Below, in pieces: positions 9,296 through 16,843 of a stretch of 64,000 nt of DNA. Source of the stretch: an uncultured Clostridia bacterium (GTDB taxonomy: Bacteria > Bacillota > Clostridia > Christensenellales > UBA1242); the NCBI GenBank assembly GCA_944341445.1, contig CALVLZ010000003.1:4963-68962 (forward strand), given 5' to 3'. The translations under genes and the position numbers were made by a program. The notes beneath the pieces are model-generated. The model was not told the origin of the DNA and did not search any database. It saw only the letters and a list, made by a program, of their open reading frames with translations. Every line of letters starts with the position of its first letter. Positions within the stretch are counted from its first letter, which is position 1.

Positions 9296-11397
9296 TATGC
9301 GTATTCACCTGTGTTTCTAACAGCAACAATTGTTGCATTTCCAAATGTGTCAAAACCACTATGCTTTGGTTCACTGCTTATAAATTCTAAAACAGTGGTT
9401 ATTCCTGCTGTTGATTTTGCAATTCTTAACATAGAATCTATTTCGCTTGAGCTTTTATTTATTATTATAAACTCAACATTGTTTATTCCACTTTCTTTCA
9501 AATATTTAAACAGATTGTTTAATTGTTCTTGTGTTCCAACAACAAAATCATATGTCGCATTATTATAATTATATGTTAAATTTGAATAATAAGAGTAGTT
9601 TGAATTTGCTGGCATTGTTAAATCATAATCAACATCATAAGGATTATGGTCTATGCTAACATTTTCTCTTAACACGTTATCTGAAACTAAAAAATATTCA
9701 TGTGTTAAAATTTGTTCATTTGTTATCTGGTTTTCATTCTTTACATCAAGTTCAATTTCTGTCCAAGTTATATCAACACCATACCAATTACCATCAAGTT
9801 TAACTTTGTTCCAAGCATGGCCGCCACCACTTGTGCTTCCGCTAATTCTGGCACATTCAATACCTTCCATTTCACACATAATATCAAATGCTTTTGAAAA
9901 GCCATCGCACACAGCAAGGTTATCATCAAACACGCCTTCTAAATAAAAGCAGTTATAAACTGTTGCATTAAAACTACTGCCTTGTTCGCTTGATTTATAT
10001 AAAATGTTATAATCGTATACTGTGTTATATGCAATATAATCGTATATACTTAAAACTTTTTCATAATCAGTCATTTCATCTGAAATAATTTCTCTTAACA
10101 CGCCTTTTATTTTATTATACATTCTTTCAGCTGAACTTCCTGGAACACAAATTGGAGTGCTGTTATGAGAAACTGCCCAATGCAATTGCTCTGTTGTTGA
10201 AACTTCTTCAAGTTTTATTCTTTTATCAGAAGCAAAGTCATCGTAATCAGAAGAACGTTTTGCGTAAGTGTGAGTTAAATAATATGGTTTATAATCTGTG
10301 TTTTGAACAAACACTTTTTTAGTTGCACCATTAAAATATTCACTTTTGGTTGTGTAATTATTAGTCCAAACATAATTAGGGCTTGTTAAGTAACTTTCAC
10401 CAACTCCATAAAAATCAAAATTTATTGTTACAACATTTTGGTTTGCGTCAACAAATTTAAAGCTTGGTTCAAAAGCACATGTTTCATTTAATTCATAATA
10501 AATTAATTCTTCAAATTTTTCTTTAAATAAATTTTTTTTAGTTTCACCACTTGCACTACCAACTAGGGTTTGCATATAACTGTTAGTAAATTTTAATGTT
10601 AAATTAGACTTTTTATAAACTAACATATAATACAAAACATTAATAAATTCTTCTTCGCTAGATATATACAAATCATCATATCTATTATTAAAATTTATGA
10701 TTGTTTTAGTGTATTCACCTTTATCTCCACTTTTATCTGCATAGTTATAAAAATACTCTTCAGATAAAACCAATTCATTATCTGCATTTCTATAACCAAC
10801 CCTAAAACAAGTTATATCATTTAATGCAAAGCTATCAAGTTTTAACGCATTTGTATCACAGTTAACAACCTTTGTGCCATTATTTGTTGAAATGGTTACA
10901 ACGTACTTTGCAATGCCTGAAATTTCATCCCATGTTAAAATGTTATTGGCTGAAACTTTTATATTTCTATTAACAATGTTTTCGTTATTAACAAAGTCAA
11001 CTTTTTCTGAAATACTTGTTTCACTATTAACATATACAACAACAGGACTATAATTTTGGGTAAATTTTGATTGATTTTCTTCTGGTCTAACACATATTTT
11101 AAATCTCACAGATTTTAAATTTTTAACAATACTAGTGTAATCGTAAGTATATTTTGTTTTAGTTTCATCGTCTTCAATTGTTGCTTTTAATGAATCATTA
11201 GCATAAACATCATAATAAGCAGCATTTTCAACATCATTCCAAATTAACAAATTGTTTTCTTCGTCAATTGTTAAATTAGGAGATTCTAGATAAGTTGTTT
11301 TATTTTGCATATAAATTAAAGTTCCACAAATAAGAATACCTGCGAAAATTGCAATAATCACAAAATAAAACAATCTTTTAAAAATTTTGTTAGACAA
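9295..11397 (-). CDS. Membrane-anchored FN3-like + transglutaminase-core domain protein (700 aa)
   Basis: N-terminal TM segment. Two modules carry the W-D/N-x-V/I...A-x-Y motif (LLIWNDVENAAYYDVY, ILTWDEISGIAKYVV). Cys/His/Asp triad context is CDGFSKAF ... GGGHAWNKV ... GVDITW, typical of the transglutaminase core. TTG start, RBS aaaggag 7 nt upstream. Confidence 0.8.
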   Translation of the reverse strand: MSNKIFKRLFYFVIIAIFAGILICGTLIYMQNKTTYLESPNLTIDEENNLLIWNDVENAAYYDVYANDSLKATIEDDETKTKYTYDYTSIVKNLKSVRFKICVRPEENQSKFTQNYSPVVVYVNSETSISEKVDFVNNENIVNRNIKVSANNILTWDEISGIAKYVVTISTNNGTKVVNCDTNALKLDSFALNDITCFRVGYRNADNELVLSEEYFYNYADKSGDKGEYTKTIINFNNRYDDLYISSEEEFINVLYYMLVYKKSNLTLKFTNSYMQTLVGSASGETKKNLFKEKFEELIYYELNETCAFEPSFKFVDANQNVVTINFDFYGVGESYLTSPNYVWTNNYTTKSEYFNGATKKVFVQNTDYKPYYLTHTYAKRSSDYDDFASDKRIKLEEVSTTEQLHWAVSHNSTPICVPGSSAERMYNKIKGVLREIISDEMTDYEKVLSIYDYIAYNTVYDYNILYKSSEQGSSFNATVYNCFYLEGVFDDNLAVCDGFSKAFDIMCEMEGIECARISGSTSGGGHAWNKVKLDGNWYGVDITWTEIELDVKNENQITNEQILTHEYFLVSDNVLRENVSIDHNPYDVDYDLTMPANSNYSYYSNLTYNYNNATYDFVVGTQEQLNNLFKYLKESGINNVEFIIINKSSSEIDSMLRIAKSTAGITTVLEFISSEPKHSGFDTFGNATIVAVRNTGEYA

Positions 11398-11410
11398 CTA
11401 CTTACTCCTT

Positions 11411-12445
11411 TTATTTTAATTTTAATTTAATTAAATCCTTAGTTGTATTAATTTTTGAATTGTTTGTTTGCTCAGTGTTTTGGTCTTCATAAAATTGTTC
11501 TCTCATATAACTAACCCAAGCATGTGGAGCATTTTCCCAAGTTAACCTATCAACTATTGTTGATATCACTGCTTCAATTGCTTCAACTTCAACAACTAGT
11601 TCTGCACTTTTGCCACCAACAATTTCTGTTAAAACGTCACCGTCAAAATAAATTCTATCAATCAAGGTTATAACATTATTATTTGCAATTTTTCCTTTAT
11701 AATAATTGTAACCATCACTTTGTTTAACAATAACCATTCCAGCATCGTTAACATAAGTATCTTCAACTTCTTTAACATATTTTATAAAATTATCTTGATA
11801 ATTTTGAGATTCATCATACTTAACCGCATCTTTAATTTCAACACCATCAACAATTAAAGAAACTTTATATCTTAAATATATATCACTCCAACCATCACCA
11901 TAATCACCGCCAAAATTAACAGAATTGCTTGCTTTAACAACCAAATCAAAAGTATCTCCTGGTGTTACTGAAATTATTTCATCTTTATTTTCTATTGAAA
12001 CACTAACACGTAAGTTACCGCCTTCTGTTGAAAGTTTATAGTCAATGTAAATCCAAACTCCAGCGCCAATTCCTATAACAAAAAGCAATAATAAAACAAG
12101 TAAAAGAATGAAGCCTTTCTTTCTTCTTTCTTTCTTGTTTTTATCTTGTTTTAGTATTTTTTTTATTAAATCTTCATTCTTTTGTTGAATTCTTTCTTTT
12201 TTTGTTTGTAATGCTTCTTTTTGTGTTTTTAAGAACTCATCATTTTCTTTTGTTTCATTTTTCTTAATTCCACTAGCGTCAACACTTTTATTTTTTTCAG
12301 TTGAAGCATTTTCTTTTTTTTGTGTTTTATTTTCGGTTTTATTTTCTTTGTTTAGATTGTTTTTTGAATTTTCAGAAGAAAAAACAGATTTAGAATTGCT
12401 TTCTAAATTTTTGCTGTTTTTAGTTTCTTTTTTTTCTTCTGACAT
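11411..12445 (-). CDS. TasA/camelysin-fold-like protein with a ~125-aa K/N/E-rich N-terminal tail and a single TM anchor (344 aa)
   Basis: After the TM segment (FILLLVLLLLFVIGIGAGVWIY) it shares motifs with the neighbouring paralogues: VTPGD, DGYNYYKG, and a terminal strand AELVVEVEAIEA followed by W-x-x-AP-x-x-W. It lacks the GT-F-AW-F signal-peptide signature. Confidence 0.5.
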   Translation of the reverse strand: MSEEKKETKNSKNLESNSKSVFSSENSKNNLNKENKTENKTQKKENASTEKNKSVDASGIKKNETKENDEFLKTQKEALQTKKERIQQKNEDLIKKILKQDKNKKERRKKGFILLLVLLLLFVIGIGAGVWIYIDYKLSTEGGNLRVSVSIENKDEIISVTPGDTFDLVVKASNSVNFGGDYGDGWSDIYLRYKVSLIVDGVEIKDAVKYDESQNYQDNFIKYVKEVEDTYVNDAGMVIVKQSDGYNYYKGKIANNNVITLIDRIYFDGDVLTEIVGGKSAELVVEVEAIEAVISTIVDRLTWENAPHAWVSYMREQFYEDQNTEQTNNSKINTTKDLIKLKLK

Positions 12446-12472
12446 ATTTCTCCTAATAATTCCCTAAAACAA

Positions 12473-13234
12473 TTAATTTATAGGAAACGCTTCATTCAAT
12501 TTTTCTTCTGCAAGTTTAATTGTGTTTGGCAATTGGTCTGGATTAGTTGGATCTTCATCAAAAAATATTGCTTGAATACCTTGAAATTCAACTGTGAATT
12601 TAATGCTTGCATTTGCAAACCTATTATCTAAACTTTTTGGTATTTGAAAATAATTGTTAATAAAATCAATAGTTGCACCATTTTCACAGTTAATGCTTTC
12701 ACAAATTGAATTTTCAATATTTCCACCACTTGTTTCAACATTATTGTTTGAACCTAAATAATACCACCAGCCATTGTATAATGCCCATTTATTGTTGCCT
12801 GTTGTTGCAATTATACTTTGCAAATTTATATTAATTTGTTCTTGCAAATATGCTAAATCTTCTTGTGTTATTCCTTCTCCACCAACTTGCAATGTTAAAG
12901 ATGCACGCAACAAGGCTGGAGTGTTTGAATTTGTGAACTTAACACGAGCCTGAGTTAAAACACTCATACCTGGTAACAAATATTCACTTGGAATTTCTAT
13001 TGGAAGAGGTGCCCCATCTGGAATTTTTTCTCCATCACCATCAACCATATTCAAAATAACGGCATCTCCCATAACCAATTGTTTATCTGCTTCGTCTTTT
13101 CCTGCAAACCATGCAAAAGTAGAGCCAATAGAAACAACAATAATAAGCAACGCAATTAGCACTGCGATTATGCTATTATACTTAACTAAACGTTTTTTTA
13201 GCATAAAGTTGTACTTACTCCCCCTTTTGTACAT
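12473..13234 (-). CDS. Secreted TasA/camelysin-like protein with SipW-type signal peptide (253 aa; start may be Met11 at 13204)
   Basis: N-terminus ...IGSTFAWFAGKDEADKQLVMGDAVILNM, then LLPGMS, GWWYYLG and terminal KFTVEFQGIQ. Compare TasA/CalY: GGTFAYFSD ... GTLDL ... LKPGD ... FEATQ. Confidence 0.7.
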   Translation of the reverse strand: MYKRGSKYNFMLKKRLVKYNSIIAVLIALLIIVVSIGSTFAWFAGKDEADKQLVMGDAVILNMVDGDGEKIPDGAPLPIEIPSEYLLPGMSVLTQARVKFTNSNTPALLRASLTLQVGGEGITQEDLAYLQEQININLQSIIATTGNNKWALYNGWWYYLGSNNNVETSGGNIENSICESINCENGATIDFINNYFQIPKSLDNRFANASIKFTVEFQGIQAIFFDEDPTNPDQLPNTIKLAEEKLNEAFPIN

Positions 13235-13332
13235 GATTATACATATTACTATATTATATATTTTTTTTAAATTTCAAGCAAATTAAATAGCCACATTGAA
13301 AACTTAATATTTATAAATATTAAAATAAAAAA

Positions 13333-14130
13333 CTAACTAGCAATAATTAAACTAAACCAATCGATAGGAGCAGTGTTCCATTTTTTATTTACTTCGTTTT
13401 TGTTAATATCTAAAGTCTCAAACATAACAACAATTGTTTTTTCGTTAGTGTTACTTTTATCGAATTTTGGCAAAATAATTCCCGAACAAAATTCATACTC
13501 TGTGTTGCTATTTAAAACTTTGTTGTAATAATAATAGCCATCTTCTCCAATTAACCAATTATCATTCACAACAGCTTGAACATTAAAATTTTCAAAATTC
13601 TTTTCACATCCAATAAGTTTGCTTCTTAAAACTAACTTATTGTTGTTTGTGTTGTTGTTATACTTAATGTTTTGATTAAGTTGCAATTCTCCAACAACAT
13701 GTGCTGGAAGTTTTAACGTTGCAACACTACCATTATTTTCAACCAAATTAATTGAAATTGGTTTTGTTATGTTTACATTACTTTCGTATTGCTTTAATTG
13801 CATATTTTGAAAAACAATAATTGCAATTAACGCACTTATTAATGCAATATTTAAAAACATAAAAACTATAAATAATTTTTTGTTTTTTAAATTCAGTTTA
13901 GTTTTATTAGAATTATTCTGTTTATCTTTAAATTCCAAATTGTTATTAGTTTTTTTATTTTGTCCAAGAGGATTATCCCCTGAAATTTTATTTTTATCTA
14001 ATTTTTTTGCGCTATTTTTAATGCTACTTTTGTTATCACTTTTATTGCTGCTATTGTTATTATTTTTAATGTTTGTTGCTAGATTTAATTCTTCTAAAAC
14101 TTTTTGCGTGCTATCAATTTTTTTCTTCAT
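13333..14130 (-). CDS. TasA-fold-like protein with a ~85-aa K/N-rich tail and a single TM anchor (265 aa)
   Basis: TM segment LFIVFMFLNIALISALIAIIVF. The ectodomain shares EDGYYYYNK, IVVMFETL and WNTAPIDW with the locus paralogues. No SipW-type AW-F motif. Confidence 0.45.
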   Translation of the reverse strand: MKKKIDSTQKVLEELNLATNIKNNNNSSNKSDNKSSIKNSAKKLDKNKISGDNPLGQNKKTNNNLEFKDKQNNSNKTKLNLKNKKLFIVFMFLNIALISALIAIIVFQNMQLKQYESNVNITKPISINLVENNGSVATLKLPAHVVGELQLNQNIKYNNNTNNNKLVLRSKLIGCEKNFENFNVQAVVNDNWLIGEDGYYYYNKVLNSNTEYEFCSGIILPKFDKSNTNEKTIVVMFETLDINKNEVNKKWNTAPIDWFSLIIAS

Positions 14131-14181
14131 AAAACACCAACTTTTTTATATTTATTATTTAACAAATTAGTGTAATTATGC

Positions 14182-14210
14182 AAAAAAAAGAAACAGCATT
14201 ACGCTGTTTC
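14182..14210 (-). terminator. Internal terminator after the third TasA-like gene
   Basis: 8-bp stem gaaacagc/gctgtttc (14190-14197/14203-14210) with the stop codon in the loop, followed on the minus strand by T8. Confidence 0.55.
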
Positions 14211-14891
14211 ATCAAGTTTTCCCCAGGTTGGATTGTTTTCATCAAGCAGTGGATTTTCAATGTTCGCACTTTGAATTGCCTCAACTTCAAAAAATACTTT
14301 TATATCTGCATTTGCATATTCATTTTGTAAATTTTCATTTATAACAATTATTCCATCATAAAACAATTCACTTTCCATATTTTTAACAATTCTTGCACTG
14401 CCAACTTGTGAATTTTCTTTAACACAAAGAACCCACCAATAATCGTCTGAACCATCTTCTTTTTTAAAGTTAACTTTTTTCCACACGTCACTATATGGAT
14501 TAATTGTTCCTTCTTTAATTAAATCTTCTTCAAGGGGTTTTCCATCTTCGCCTAAAACATCATCACAAGTTATTGATAACCTAACTCTAACATATGCATC
14601 TGAACTTGCGTTATCTTGTTTTCCTAATTGAAAACCTGCTTTAACTTGAACTTTGCTTCCAGGCAAAATTTTGCCTGTGTTTGGCACAATTTCAGATGAT
14701 ATTGTTCCATCTAAACCTGTTATATAAACTTCAACAGGGTCTGAGAACACAATGTTTGCAGTTTCTGTTGCACGTCTTGTGTACCAAGCAAAAGTTCCGC
14801 CAACAATTCCACCAATAATTATGAAAATTATTAATGAGATTATTATGGTTCGCTGAATTTTTAATTGTCTAGCAATATCTTTTTCTTCCAT
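14199..14891 (-). CDS. Secreted TasA/camelysin-like protein with SipW-type signal peptide (230 aa)
   Basis: N-terminus ...IVGGTFAWYTRRATETANIVFSDPVEVYI, then ILPGSKV and terminal VFFEVEAIQ. RBS aagggag. Confidence 0.75.
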   Translation of the reverse strand: MEEKDIARQLKIQRTIIISLIIFIIIGGIVGGTFAWYTRRATETANIVFSDPVEVYITGLDGTISSEIVPNTGKILPGSKVQVKAGFQLGKQDNASSDAYVRVRLSITCDDVLGEDGKPLEEDLIKEGTINPYSDVWKKVNFKKEDGSDDYWWVLCVKENSQVGSARIVKNMESELFYDGIIVINENLQNEYANADIKVFFEVEAIQSANIENPLLDENNPTWGKLDETA

Positions 14892-14902
14892 TAAATTCTC
14901 CC

Positions 14903-15514
14903 TTAAACTATATCATACTTAGCAATTGCATTTTTCCATTCTTCTGGTGCATCTGCCCAATCAGAGTGCTCCTTATAAGCCTCATATGCTCTTTGAATTG
15001 CATACACTGTTATTTTTAAATTAACAGGTTTGTTGCAATCTTCGTTAGAAAGATTGTTTGAAACAATAAAACCTGTGTTAAAAATTGCAGAAATATTTTG
15101 GTTTATATATCCAACATAAAAATAACTATTACCATTTTTAATCCAAGTTTGTTCGCCGTTGCTTTGTTTATCTTGGTCGACATATAAAATTGGCTCAACA
15201 ATATTTTCATCTGTGTTTCCAACTTTTGCGTCACATTCAAAAACAACTTTAATATATGCATCTGTTGAATTTTCTTTGCTTTTTATTGTGGTTGTTTTGT
15301 TGTATGTTTTATTAGGTTCCAAAATCACATTTTCAAAATTTAAGTCAGTTGTAACTTCCAAATCCAAATTTCCAAAAATTGCAACGTTTTCTCTATAATC
15401 TTTTCCAGAATACCAAGCGTATGTCATGGAAACAATAAGAATTAAAATAATAAAAGTTACAACATAAACAATGTTTAATTGTGTTTTTTTGTTGTTGAAA
15501 ACATTATTTTCCAC
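14903..15514 (-). CDS. Secreted TasA/camelysin-like protein with SipW-type signal peptide (203 aa)
   Basis: N-terminus ...VSMTYAWYSGKDYRENVAIFGNLDLEV, then GNSYFYVG and terminal KITVYAIQ ... WADAPEEW. GTG start with RBS ggagg. Confidence 0.7.
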   Translation of the reverse strand: MENNVFNNKKTQLNIVYVVTFIILILIVSMTYAWYSGKDYRENVAIFGNLDLEVTTDLNFENVILEPNKTYNKTTTIKSKENSTDAYIKVVFECDAKVGNTDENIVEPILYVDQDKQSNGEQTWIKNGNSYFYVGYINQNISAIFNTGFIVSNNLSNEDCNKPVNLKITVYAIQRAYEAYKEHSDWADAPEEWKNAIAKYDIV

Positions 15515-15545
15515 TTGTAACCTCCATTATTTTTCTTTTATTTTT

Positions 15546-16205
15546 TTATTTCCAAGCAGTCCACTCTGCAGGTATATCTCCAAATGGTTTAACTGCATCA
15601 TTAACCAAATAAGCGTTTCCGCTATAAGCAATTATTTCACAAACAACTTCAATATAAACTGTGTTATTTGTAAAACTTGCGTTTGGTGTTATTCCTGTTA
15701 CAATATCCACCATTTCATTAGCATTAACAACACTATTATACAAATAATAATGCCCGTAAACATCTTGTAAAGAACTATCTGCATATTGTGCTACATAATT
15801 GTTAAAAGAAACATTTGCTTCATTTTTTTTAATTAATATGTTTTGAGTAAACCCATTAGCGTCCACTTTTTGAAACATATTAAAAGTAACCCTAACTAAG
15901 CCCGAAATTGTTCCGGTGTTTTTAAATTTTAAATTAATTGGAGTATTCACCCCTAGTGTTAAATTTGAAACAACAATATCTTTTCCTGCTTGATATGTGT
16001 TATTATCTTCATTTAAAACGCCACTAACAACTTCATTATTATAATATATTTCTAAGCCCAATGAACCAACAGACGTGTTTGTATTAAAATTTTTAACGCT
16101 TGTTAACCAAGCCAAAGTTCCAGCAAGCGAAAAAACAAATACCAAAATTATAACTATTGGCACTACAACATTTATTTTAAATTTTTTAGAATTATTTTTT
16201 TCCAC
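15546..16205 (-). CDS. Secreted TasA/camelysin-like protein with SipW-type signal peptide (219 aa)
   Basis: N-terminus ...SLAGTLAWLTSVKNFNTNTSVGSLGLEI, then GHYYLYN and terminal strand YIEVVCEIIA ... IPAEWTAW. GTG start. Confidence 0.7.
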   Translation of the reverse strand: MEKNNSKKFKINVVVPIVIILVFVFSLAGTLAWLTSVKNFNTNTSVGSLGLEIYYNNEVVSGVLNEDNNTYQAGKDIVVSNLTLGVNTPINLKFKNTGTISGLVRVTFNMFQKVDANGFTQNILIKKNEANVSFNNYVAQYADSSLQDVYGHYYLYNSVVNANEMVDIVTGITPNASFTNNTVYIEVVCEIIAYSGNAYLVNDAVKPFGDIPAEWTAWK

Positions 16206-16332
16206 TTTTATTCCTACTCTTTAACCTTACATAATTTTACGTTTTTTTACAATTTTTGTAAAGCAATTATAAGTATTAACATCACTATTAATTATTGCTA
16301 ATAATTAAGCATTTAAACTTTACCAAATAAAC

Positions 16333-16360
16333 AAAAATAAGCGGAAACAAACCGCTTATT
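16333..16360 (-). terminator. Terminator between sipW and the TasA-like gene array
   Basis: 9-bp stem aataagcgg/ccgcttatt (16336-16344/16352-16360), 7-nt loop, T-run on the minus strand, 4 nt after the sipW stop. Confidence 0.6.
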
Positions 16361-16363
16361 TTG

Positions 16364-16843
16364 CTATACATACTGAAGTACAAAATATACAAGAACAATG
16401 AAACCAACAATTATTAAAATGTTTTGCCTAATGTTGTTAAAAAATGAACCCAATCCCGGAAAATATGCAATCACAATTCCTTCAATTTCAGAAAATTTAA
16501 CTTGGTCCACTTTTGCATCTTCTGGTTCAGCATCTCCTCTTGTGTAAACACAGCCATTTTCATAATCAACTTCAACAATTCTGTGTGTTACAAAAGTGTT
16601 GCCTGTGTGGCTATATGTTGCCACATCTCCAACTTTTATGTCTTCATTGTTTTTGCTATGAATAACTATTAATGTGCCTCTTGGCATGGTTGGGTTCATA
16701 CTATCGGTTAAAATATTTAAATATTTATAACCAAAAACCCAACCTAGTAAAAAGGCAATTAACACCGCTAAAATTATATTACGAATAACAGCAAATACCC
16801 ATTTTTGCCACTTGTTTTGATTTGTAAAAATATTATAGTTCAT
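16364..16843 (-). CDS. sipW: Signal peptidase I, ER/archaeal (SipW) type
   Basis: N-terminal TM segment. Catalytic Ser context LTDSMNPTMPRG, His context FVTHRIVEV, then TRGDAEPEDAKVD, and a C-terminal TM segment, which is the SipW-type layout. Start overlaps the end of the giant gene by 11 nt. Confidence 0.85.
   Translation of the reverse strand: MNYNIFTNQNKWQKWVFAVIRNIILAVLIAFLLGWVFGYKYLNILTDSMNPTMPRGTLIVIHSKNNEDIKVGDVATYSHTGNTFVTHRIVEVDYENGCVYTRGDAEPEDAKVDQVKFSEIEGIVIAYFPGLGSFFNNIRQNILIIVGFIVLVYFVLQYV

Noticed and set aside
9180-9374. 64-aa ORF between gerAA and the transglutaminase gene, and the 98-aa ORF at 32454-32750 overlapping the mnmE start.
   Set aside because: Both overlap terminator or promoter regions or the start of a conserved gene, lack an RBS, and have composition typical of random AT-rich ORFs.
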